This document shows positions 57,135-64,000 of a DNA stretch of 64,000 bases, one piece after another. Location: positions 5,129 through 69,128 of IMG/VR virus record IMGVR_UViG_3300031772_000022; one strand, written 5' to 3'. The notes under the pieces were generated by a model. It did not search any database. It was not told the origin of the DNA and was given only the letters and a program-made list of their open reading frames with translations. The DNA comes from a virus. Numbering within the stretch: position 1 is the stretch's first letter; the number at the start of each line of letters is the position of its first letter. The translations under genes were made by a program, and so were the position numbers.

Positions 57135-58136
57135 TCAGTCCTCCATTTGGCTCAGCACGAGAAGCCCGGTGGCGACGGCCGTCATAGGGTCTCCGGCAGG
57201 CCTGACCTCTGAGATCTGGATGGGAAAACGGTCGCGCTTCTCTTCGAAACGTTCCTGGAACTTTTCGAGGAACCCGCCGGCTAGGGAGGTGCCGCCGGAG
57301 ACGATGATCGGGATGGGCTTGGGGACGAGAAGCTCACTCTTGACCTTCACGAACTGGGCTATGATGTTGTCGATCGTGTAGTCGATGAGGGTCGACACAA
57401 AGAGGGCTATGGCCTCCTCACTCCGATCCTTCGGCTTCGTAATGTCGATGCCCGACTCCTTGAGAGAGCACATCTTGGCCTTCGTGGACCCGACGGCCTT
57501 GGCAGCGCCATTGTCGATCCAGTCACCCCCGCGGCCAAGAGAGAACTCGAGGGCCGACATGGCGTTGAACGCCAGGCAGACGTTCGTCATGCCCGAACCA
57601 TAAGAGATGCCGAGACCGCAGAAGTTCTCGGCCGTGCACTCGGAGAAGATGATGGCGAGGGCCTCGTTCGCGGGCTCAGCGTCGTAGCCGAGCTCCTTGA
57701 CGATCTTCCCGAGGATCGCGGCGTGGTATGTCACGTCCGAACCCCCGACGTCGACCGCGGCGGACGGAACCGAATAGCAGCATTTTTCCCCGGGCTTCTT
57801 CGGCTCGCCGAGAATCTGCTTCATCATGAGAGAGATGATCGTCTGGGCGTCGAGCTCGCCGGCGGAGATGAGGCCGCCCTGGAGCGGACGGCGGGCCTCC
57901 CGGTTGAGAAGGTTGGCGGTGTTCAGCGCGTCGTCCCCGACGACGATGAGCTTTCCGTCCACCTCGGCGAAGGCCGTGTTCGAGAGCTTCAGCATGCGCT
58001 TGTGCTCAGGGGGCAGATCGATGAACGCATCCCGGACGCGGGCCGTGGTGACCTTCTTCCCAGATCGCCTAGCGGAGACAAAGTTCATCGTCCCGCAGTC
58101 CAGGCCCACTCCGCAATCCTCCGGCAATTTGCTCAT
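57135..58136 (-). CDS. Actin-fold ATPase (MreB/ParM superfamily; volactin-like), 333 aa
   Basis: Phosphate 1 GLDCGTMN, 'VGDDA', 'RPLQGG', connect 1 NEALA, phosphate 2 ISYGSGMTN, GGDWID, adenosine SGGTS, connect 2 DPMTAVATG. Confidence 0.9.
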   Translation of the reverse strand: MSKLPEDCGVGLDCGTMNFVSARRSGKKVTTARVRDAFIDLPPEHKRMLKLSNTAFAEVDGKLIVVGDDALNTANLLNREARRPLQGGLISAGELDAQTIISLMMKQILGEPKKPGEKCCYSVPSAAVDVGGSDVTYHAAILGKIVKELGYDAEPANEALAIIFSECTAENFCGLGISYGSGMTNVCLAFNAMSALEFSLGRGGDWIDNGAAKAVGSTKAKMCSLKESGIDITKPKDRSEEAIALFVSTLIDYTIDNIIAQFVKVKSELLVPKPIPIIVSGGTSLAGGFLEKFQERFEEKRDRFPIQISEVRPAGDPMTAVATGLLVLSQMED

Positions 58137-58148
58137 TTGAAAGTCTCC

Positions 58149-58171
58149 GTATCTGTCTTACGACAGAATAC
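58149..58171 (-). promoter_or_regulatory. GNRA-capped hairpin directly upstream of the actin gene ribosome-binding site
   Basis: Minus strand reads GTATTCTGTC-GTAA-GACAGATAC followed by GGAG and ATG. Confidence 0.45.
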
Positions 58172-58182
58172 CCTACCCGGCG

Positions 58183-58809
58183 TCAGGGCTTCTTGCGCAT
58201 CTTCCGGAGGGCGTCGACGCTCGAGCCCACGTCGGTCTGCACCTCCCCCTCCTGAACCTTGATGTTCGCCTGCGCGTCGTCCGGGACGATCTTCGTGGGT
58301 ATGAACATCGGATCGGCCCCGCGGGCCGAGGGAGAGTACTCGTGAGCCTGGACGGAGCCTGGCCTGTATGGAACGACGGCCGGAGCGGGCATGGCCTGGA
58401 TCGACTTGTTGATCTGGTCCATTCCCGCCGGGACGGCCCCCGCGAGCCCCGTCATCATCCTCATGAGCTCCTCCTGGTTCTTGAGGAACCTGTCGAAGGA
58501 CTCCTGGGACACCGGAACGCCGGACACGGCCGGCGTGTCGATTCTCGACTGCGAGACCGGGGGAGACGGGTCCTGAGGGACCAGGGCCGACGGGGGTTGG
58601 CGAACGGACATGACGGAGGAAGGAGGCTGGCCCTGAACGTACTGCTTGTCCGCCCGGACCCACCTCTTGGCCTCGAGGCTTCGGGCGTCGTTCGATTGTG
58701 CCCAGGAGTCAGCGCGGACAGTGCAAGAGCCCTTCGCAGGCAGGAGAATTCCGAGGTCCTCCACAGTCAGGCTCGTGGAGAGCAGGTTGGTTATCTTGTA
58801 GAGCATCAA
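58183..58809 (-). CDS. Hypothetical protein (208 aa), putative partner/adaptor of the actin homolog
   Basis: Directly upstream of the actin gene. Small N-terminal domain, Pro-rich linker, central helix, C-terminal amphipathic 'SSVDALRKMRK'. Confidence 0.7.
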   Translation of the reverse strand: MMLYKITNLLSTSLTVEDLGILLPAKGSCTVRADSWAQSNDARSLEAKRWVRADKQYVQGQPPSSVMSVRQPPSALVPQDPSPPVSQSRIDTPAVSGVPVSQESFDRFLKNQEELMRMMTGLAGAVPAGMDQINKSIQAMPAPAVVPYRPGSVQAHEYSPSARGADPMFIPTKIVPDDAQANIKVQEGEVQTDVGSSVDALRKMRKKP

Positions 58810-59492
58810 CTCAGACGCCTCGCGAGGAGTTCCTCAAGCTCAGGGACGAAGTTTTCGACCATGACCTTCTCGAGGCTCTCCATGAACTTCCCAATAACGC
58901 CCTGAAACTTACCCTTCGGCATGCGAACGCCGCCCTCCGGAGTGTCCTCCACTGTCTTCGTCATCTTCAGGGAGACCTTGCCCTCCCTACTGACCTTCAT
59001 GGACCTCGGAGAGTGGAGGGCGGCCTCGTGCTCTATCAGGCGAGTCTGGGCTGTCTTCGCGCGGCTGTTGAGGGTCTTCGGCGGTTTCCGGGCATCACGC
59101 CGTCCATCCCACACCGACTTCCGGGCGTCGCGCCGGGCGTCGCGCCGGCCGGTCAAGCGACCCGGCTTCGAAGTCGGCTGGAACCCGTACGTGCGTACGC
59201 CAGGGTCGTGGTCGGCGTCTTCAGAGTCATCACGTGCTTTACTAAGGGCGTCCTTGGTGTCCGCGTCATTGGTGTCGAAAGCGTCCTTCGGGACGAGAAT
59301 TTCAAAGGTGATCGTCCTTCCGCTTACATGGGCGTAGACCTCATAGTCCTTGAGGGCCTCCGACTTTGAAAATCCCGCGTCGTCAAGGACGTGCTTCAAC
59401 GCCGTAACGCCGTCGACAGCTATAGCGTCGATCACGGCGTCGACGATCCTCAACATCGAGGCGTTCAGGGTCGTGGCAATGTCGTACGCCAT
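58806..59492 (-). CDS. Putative neck / virion morphogenesis protein (228 aa) with RRDA repeats
   Basis: In the neck cluster. Basic insert RRDARRDARKSVWDGRRDARK. Confidence 0.55.
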   Translation of the reverse strand: MAYDIATTLNASMLRIVDAVIDAIAVDGVTALKHVLDDAGFSKSEALKDYEVYAHVSGRTITFEILVPKDAFDTNDADTKDALSKARDDSEDADHDPGVRTYGFQPTSKPGRLTGRRDARRDARKSVWDGRRDARKPPKTLNSRAKTAQTRLIEHEAALHSPRSMKVSREGKVSLKMTKTVEDTPEGGVRMPKGKFQGVIGKFMESLEKVMVENFVPELEELLARRLS

Positions 59493-59494
59493 GT

Positions 59495-60820
59495 TCAGCG
59501 ACGATGAGCGTTCTCAAACGCGACGGTGTTTCCCCGGAACTCGCGCTCGTCAGGGATTGCCTTGCGCTCGGTGACCATGGGCTGAGCGACGCCCGTGCCG
59601 GGAGGGGCGTACCTCGTCCGCGGAGACTCCATGACGGCCGTGTCGAGGACCGGAACCTTGGAGCGAATGTCCTGCTCGTCGAGGTGGGACAGGTTGAAGA
59701 ACTGTTGAAGCTGCATCCCGCGGGCGGTCGGCATGCGGACGGGCCCGACGCCGTACCTGTCGCCGTTGAGCTTTACGACAAAGTCCCTCTGGGAGAGGAG
59801 GGGGCTCGGCCCGGTCCACGACTCATAGGAGTGTTCGAGAGTACGGCCACGGTTGTTCTGGGCCTTCTTGCGCTCCGCGTCGTCCGGCGCGACGATGAGG
59901 TCATATGGGCCGTCGTACCCGCCGATAACTCCAGTCCCATAGCAGACGAGGCAGTCCGAGGACGGCTGTTTGTGGAGGTCGGAGCTGCACCCGCACCTCG
60001 GACCGACGTCGCGCCGTATGAACACCTTCACGCGCTCGCCTCCCTGATGGAGAAGGAAGCGGTTGCGGCGGACGGCCTCACGCCAAATCCAGTCGAGTGT
60101 CTCCGTCTGCTGGTTGTTGCCCTGGGCAGCCCGGTCCAGGGCGGTCTCCATGAGCTGTCCGGTTTCCCGGTCGCGCGCGACCGTCGTGATGCGGTAGAAG
60201 ATGCGCTGCCCAAGGTCCGTGCGGACCTTCTTGGAGACATACCTGTACGTCGCCAGGACGACGTCCGACTCGTTCAAGGGGAGGACGGCCGGGAACTGCT
60301 GCTGGGATGCAACGTCGAACGTCGGAAACGGCTCGAGCTCAACCTCCCCGAGATAAGCCACGATCCGGCGGATCCAGGCCCGGACGCCGTTCACGGTCAC
60401 ATAAACGTTGAGGTCCGTGCACTCTGTCCCTCCGATGACCGGGTCGAGGACTATGGGGCTGTTGGCCGTCCGGAAAACCCAGGTTCTGGACGGGTCCGTG
60501 TCCCCGCGCGAGACGAATTTTTTGGACACGTCCTCGCGAAGGGCGACGGACACGGTCGTCCGGTCTCTCCAGAACGTCGACCCCACGGGAAGAGAGTTCA
60601 TCCGGAAGTACGGGCCGAACTCCGAGTCGAAGCTCCTGTAGACGTTCACCCCAACAAGGTCGAACTTCGTGTTCGAGGATATCGCCGCCGGGGAAGTCCA
60701 CCGGAGGTCGATGACGCCCTTTTCAAGCCCGGACTGTACGGAGAAGTTGAGAGGAGGGTGTGGGGCGGCCGGATACTGTTGCTCGAGTATGTGGGGCGGC
60801 CTGTCCGGCGGGAACGGCAT
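59495..60820 (-). CDS. Putative head-closure / neck protein (441 aa) with FN3-like domain and CxC...CxxC motif
   Basis: 'GERVKVFIRR..GPRCGC........CLVCYGTG.IGGY' pattern of myophage neck proteins; N-terminal 'PPLN.....IDLRW....VGVNVYRS'. Confidence 0.7.
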   Translation of the reverse strand: MPFPPDRPPHILEQQYPAAPHPPLNFSVQSGLEKGVIDLRWTSPAAISSNTKFDLVGVNVYRSFDSEFGPYFRMNSLPVGSTFWRDRTTVSVALREDVSKKFVSRGDTDPSRTWVFRTANSPIVLDPVIGGTECTDLNVYVTVNGVRAWIRRIVAYLGEVELEPFPTFDVASQQQFPAVLPLNESDVVLATYRYVSKKVRTDLGQRIFYRITTVARDRETGQLMETALDRAAQGNNQQTETLDWIWREAVRRNRFLLHQGGERVKVFIRRDVGPRCGCSSDLHKQPSSDCLVCYGTGVIGGYDGPYDLIVAPDDAERKKAQNNRGRTLEHSYESWTGPSPLLSQRDFVVKLNGDRYGVGPVRMPTARGMQLQQFFNLSHLDEQDIRSKVPVLDTAVMESPRTRYAPPGTGVAQPMVTERKAIPDEREFRGNTVAFENAHRR

Positions 60821-60845
60821 TTCGGGACCTCACTTGGAGGTCCAA

Positions 60846-61184
60846 TCAAGAGGCTGGCGCCGCGGCCTCGGCGGGGGCGGCCTCGGCGGGGGCGTCCGGT
60901 ACTCCGTCAACGGGCTCGTCCTGGACGGCGACCTCCACGAAGACGTCCTCCCCGTCCTTGACCAGGCGTGCCTGGACGACCCTTTCCATCCCGAAGCCGG
61001 CCGCCTTGCACAGCTCGGTCACGACCTTGTTCTTGGCCGAGGTGAGGTCCCGGAAGGTCGACAGGGCATCTTGTGACGCTGCGGCGTGCCTGGAATGCTC
61101 CAGGGCCCAGTGCGTGGCGGACTGGTCGATGTGGACGACCTTGTCGTAGTCCTGAGGCTTGATGGGGGCGCGCTTTATTTGCAT
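60846..61184 (-). CDS. Hypothetical protein (112 aa)
   Basis: TACCGT 6 nt upstream of the ATG; fills the gap. Confidence 0.7.
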   Translation of the reverse strand: MQIKRAPIKPQDYDKVVHIDQSATHWALEHSRHAAASQDALSTFRDLTSAKNKVVTELCKAAGFGMERVVQARLVKDGEDVFVEVAVQDEPVDGVPDAPAEAAPAEAAAPAS

Positions 61185-61205
61185 GCCCGGACGGTACCGA
61201 GCACC

Positions 61206-61586
61206 TCAGTCGTCGTAGTCGTGGTCGCCGCCGTCGCGGGAGTCATAGTCGCTGGACGCGATGACGCAGTCGAAGGACGTGGGGCGGACGCGCACGTCCG
61301 ACGGCTTCAGCTTGAGATCCCGGGCGGTGATTTTCACCGCGGACTCCAGCATGGCCGACACTTCCGACTTGAGCTTTTTGACCAGGGCGGACTTCGAGGT
61401 CTCCCCCTCGAACTCCACCTCCACGGAGAGCTCCATCCTACACGCCCACTCTGTGGGCGGGGCGAGAACGGACTTGCTCTTCGCCTTCGCCTTCGCCTTC
61501 GGAGCCTTCTTCTTGCTCCGGGTCTTCTTGCGGGCGGCCTCGACGTTCAAGGAGGCGACCTGGGAGGCTATGCGGCTAAAGTCCAC
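61206..61586 (-). CDS. Small basic protein (126 aa) with histone H1-like KA tract
   Basis: MDFSRIASQVA leader, then ARKKTRSKKKAPKAKAKAKSK. Confidence 0.7.
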   Translation of the reverse strand: MDFSRIASQVASLNVEAARKKTRSKKKAPKAKAKAKSKSVLAPPTEWACRMELSVEVEFEGETSKSALVKKLKSEVSAMLESAVKITARDLKLKPSDVRVRPTSFDCVIASSDYDSRDGGDHDYDD

Positions 61587-61609
61587 GTTCCAGGCTCCGG
61601 ACGAAAAGC

Positions 61610-61849
61610 CTAACCGGCCTTGAGGCCGAGGTCCTTGCCGATCTTGGCGGCCTCGTCGTGAATGGCGTCCGCGAGGGCCTGGATCGCTCCGTGGACGGGG
61701 GACTCCATGATGTGGACCGCGACCGCGTCGTGGTCGTCCGTGCCGACCGCACGGGAGATTTCCTCGATCGCGAGCATGTTGATCTTCATCTTCGTCTTGA
61801 AGTCGTATGCGGCAACGCGCGCGGCTATTCTGTAAAGGTCAAGCCTCAT
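61610..61849 (-). CDS. Small hypothetical protein (79 aa)
   Basis: MRLDLYRIAARVAA leader; ATGA overlap with the upstream gene. Confidence 0.7.
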   Translation of the reverse strand: MRLDLYRIAARVAAYDFKTKMKINMLAIEEISRAVGTDDHDAVAVHIMESPVHGAIQALADAIHDEAAKIGKDLGLKAG

Positions 61850-62745
61850 ATTCCGAGGAACCTCCTGGGCGTGAGCGCTCCGCGGCCGACTGACGGGCCG
61901 AAGCTGCTGCGGATGCCGACCCCGAACTTGGACTGCTTGAGGCCCCGGATGACCTTCACGGTCTCCTTCGCCGCCACGACGAACTCTTTGAACCGGGCAT
62001 CGGCGTCCGAGGCCATCGACTGGTACTTTGAGCTCTTCTCAATGTCAAGCGAAACCCCGCCGATAGAGTATGTGAACTCGTCGGCGACCCAGTTCAGGGC
62101 GAGGGCCTGGATGGCGTAGACCATCGCGCCCGTCAAAAGGAGGGTCCTCCAGCTCCGGTGCTGCGTGATGAGCGCGTTGAGGTCCTGGTAGAACGTCTGC
62201 GGCGGGTACATGTTGATGGAGTCGTTGGAGACTCGAAGGAACTCGAGCAGCTCCGCGTCCTCCCAGAGGAACCCGAAGACGCGAGTGAACTGGTTGACCG
62301 ACTCCTCGCCGGACGGCGGGATGAAGTGGTAGTTCCTCGCCGGGTTGTTGTCGCGGAGGAGCACCCGGATGCCGCGGACGAGATCGAGCTCGATGGGGGT
62401 TATTCCGGGCAGCGACACGACCTGGGTCGCGTCCTGGACGACGCCGAACTCCTGGAGGACCGTCGCCTGCGGCGACCCGACGTACTCACGGAAGTACCAG
62501 CGTATCCGATACCTGCCTATGTTCGCGTCGAGCGGGACGATGAACGACGCGTAGTACTCTCCGATGGCCGGATTGACCGGCTTGCGGCCCTGGGGTGGAA
62601 GCAGGACCTCGCAGCCCGTCGTGAAGTCGAAAAGATCGTAGGAGATCTCGGCCGAGTTCTTCGGGGAGCCGTCGCGCGCCTTCAAGAAGATGTTGAGCCC
62701 GTTCGAGCGGGAGAGCTCCTGACCGCGCTTGAACGTCGTCGACAT
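61846..62745 (-). CDS. Putative head-tail adaptor / neck protein (299 aa)
   Basis: 'RVLLRD', 'WEDAELLEFL....IN..PP', 'FTYSIGGVSLDIEKSSKY' pattern of adaptor proteins; position in the neck cluster. Confidence 0.65.
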   Translation of the reverse strand: MSTTFKRGQELSRSNGLNIFLKARDGSPKNSAEISYDLFDFTTGCEVLLPPQGRKPVNPAIGEYYASFIVPLDANIGRYRIRWYFREYVGSPQATVLQEFGVVQDATQVVSLPGITPIELDLVRGIRVLLRDNNPARNYHFIPPSGEESVNQFTRVFGFLWEDAELLEFLRVSNDSINMYPPQTFYQDLNALITQHRSWRTLLLTGAMVYAIQALALNWVADEFTYSIGGVSLDIEKSSKYQSMASDADARFKEFVVAAKETVKVIRGLKQSKFGVGIRSSFGPSVGRGALTPRRFLGI

Positions 62746-62753
62746 GCGGGACC

Positions 62754-63080
62754 TTACTCCGAACCGGAGTTGTAGGAGGAGAGAAGGTCGTGCAGGATTT
62801 CGAGCCGAAACGCACTCGGGGGCTCTGAGGAGAGGATCATATCGCAGTAGGACGCGACGAACTCCGCCTCGGCCGCGGAAAGGCCGGAGGACGCCTTCGC
62901 GTGCTTCGCGGCCTCGACCTGCTCCAGCCGCTTGTCGGCCTCACCCTTCGTCGGGTAACATCCGCCGCTCCAGTCCGGGTTTTTCTCGGACTTGACGCAA
63001 TAGCCCTTTCCCGGGGTCTTCCTGACCACGCCCGTTTGCTCTTCCGCGGCGACGCGAGCGCATATGGCGAAAAGGTCCAT
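62754..63080 (-). CDS. Small hypothetical protein (108 aa)
   Basis: Start re-assigned to MDLFAICARVAA. Contains 'YCVKSEK....GCYPTK.EA.KRL.QVE..KH'. Confidence 0.65.
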   Translation of the reverse strand: MDLFAICARVAAEEQTGVVRKTPGKGYCVKSEKNPDWSGGCYPTKGEADKRLEQVEAAKHAKASSGLSAAEAEFVASYCDMILSSEPPSAFRLEILHDLLSSYNSGSE

Positions 63081-63096
63081 CGCTTTGGATGAGGCA

Positions 63097-63315
63097 TTAG
63101 AAGGCTCGACGTGACATTCGGTCGGCCTCGTCCCGTATGTCGCACGCAAGCCTGGCGATGTCCGAGTGGAGCGTATCACACATCTCCGCCGCGACAGCGT
63201 TGAACTGCTCGTCGGTTGGGTTCGGGCCGTAGACGAGGTGGGCAACCTCGCCTATGACGAGAGCGTTCAGCCGGTTCTTAGCCTCGAACTCGGCAAGGGT
63301 GATCGACACGGCCAT
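63097..63315 (-). CDS. Small hypothetical protein (72 aa)
   Basis: GGAGG SD before MAVSITLAEF; late-motif upstream. Confidence 0.6.
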   Translation of the reverse strand: MAVSITLAEFEAKNRLNALVIGEVAHLVYGPNPTDEQFNAVAAEMCDTLHSDIARLACDIRDEADRMSRRAF

Positions 63316-63387
63316 GACCGCCACCTCCAACCACACCGCCGGATGAACAGTTTATGTAAGTCCGACACGGGTCCGAGTACAATCGGC

Positions 63388-64000
63388 ATGGGGTTCTGGA
63401 TTTTCCCGTTCAAGCCGATGAAGATCAACGAGTCGCTGCTGGGGAGCCTCAACCTCGACGACTACGTGCTCGAAAAGAAGTACGACGGGTATCGAGCCCT
63501 TCTCATTGTCGAGGAGGGAGGGTTCAAGCTCTTCACCCGCCAGAAGGTGGAGATTCCCGTTCCGAACAACCTTCGACCTCAGCTGGAGTCGCTAAAGCTG
63601 CCAGCGGGAACGGTCCTTGACGGAGAGCTGTGGACTCCGACGAGCCGCGGGTCCTGGACTCATGACAGGAACGTCGTGTGTTCGCTCACCTTCTGGGACG
63701 TCATGGCACAGGATGGAAAGTCGGTCGGGGCGAAGACCCTTGAAGAACGCCGGGCTATCCTGGAGGAGCTGGTCGGTGTGGGGACGGAGAACGTCGGACT
63801 GGTCATCCAGGAGCCCGTCACGAAGGAGCGCATCGAGGAGATCCGCAAGGAGGCCATGGAGCACCGAGTGGCCTCGCAGTCCCGGTCCGGCTTCGTCCAC
63901 GGAGTCGTCCTGAAACGGAAGGGATCTCCGCGAAGGGACAACCCAAACCGCTCAGTCGAACACGCCGACTGGATGAAATTGGTTTACTGGGCCCAAAACT
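63388..64000 (+). CDS. ATP-dependent DNA ligase family adenylation domain, truncated by the window edge
   Basis: Not in the ORF track. Hand translation gives MGFWIFPFKPM...EKKYDGYRA (motif I KxDG), FTR, VLDGELW (III), FWDV (IIIa), 'LEERRAIL', HGVVLK (IV), WMK (V). Confidence 0.85.
   Translation, partial: MGFWIFPFKPMKINESLLGSLNLDDYVLEKKYDGYRALLIVEEGGFKLFTRQKVEIPVPNNLRPQLESLKLPAGTVLDGELWTPTSRGSWTHDRNVVCSLTFWDVMAQDGKSVGAKTLEERRAILEELVGVGTENVGLVIQEPVTKERIEEIRKEAMEHRVASQSRSGFVHGVVLKRKGSPRRDNPNRSVEHADWMKLVYWAQN

Noticed and set aside
57135-58136. Archaeal host inferred from the volactin-like actin
   Set aside because: Sigma70-type TANNNT elements at -10 spacing and a muramidase-like tail domain point to a bacterial host; no TATA-box/BRE pattern was seen.
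57102-58900. Classical ParMRC partition cassette
   Set aside because: No iterated centromere-like repeats near the actin gene, and the partner shows no clear ribbon-helix-helix domain.
7-62775. Many long plus-strand ORFs opposite the structural genes (e.g. 25468-26853, 30947-32344, 41446-42912, 59504-60961)
   Set aside because: Antisense shadows of GC3-biased minus-strand genes: Arg/Gly/Val-rich, with no motifs and no start signals.
1-64000. Alternative genetic code, tRNA/rRNA genes, inteins, diversity-generating retroelement
   Set aside because: Genes end cleanly at TAG, TGA and TAA with tight packing. No gap shows a tRNA fold, and no intein or reverse transcriptase motifs were noticed by eye.

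Overview
A 64-kb, GC-rich segment of a large (probably jumbo) contractile-tailed bacteriophage. Most of the window is a minus-strand virion-morphogenesis region. Read right to left it holds neck/head-tail proteins, a tail terminator, a giant 1684-aa sheath, the tube, tail chaperones, tape measure, two tube initiators (one with a muramidase-like insert), baseplate hub, central spike, a putative spike cap, gp25-like, J-like and I-like wedge proteins, a collagen-like fibre and two large accessory virion proteins, the last running off the left edge. Interspersed are two paralogous GIY-YIG/NUMOD3 homing endonucleases, an HNH endonuclease, a FmdB-type zinc ribbon protein and an actin-fold ATPase with a probable partner gene. 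A ~9.7-kb insert between sheath and tube carries an AAA+ ATPase, nucleoside hydrolase, SF2 helicase, DUF932-like protein and 2OG-Fe(II) oxygenase. An ATP-dependent ligase runs off the right edge. No capsid, portal, terminase, tRNA, rRNA or CRISPR is visible. The most notable observations are: (1) an H-x6-H-x3-D helical repeat occurring in triplets in three different virion proteins; (2) a volactin-like actin plus putative adaptor inside the neck gene cluster; (3) a three-fold pseudo-repeat hydrophobic protein in the PAAR position; (4) two recurrent upstream motifs, a candidate phage late promoter and leaderless GTANNNT -10 elements; (5) a shared N-terminal 'RIA/RVA' leader on small proteins. 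All assignments come from reading motifs and synteny by eye; no database searches were run.
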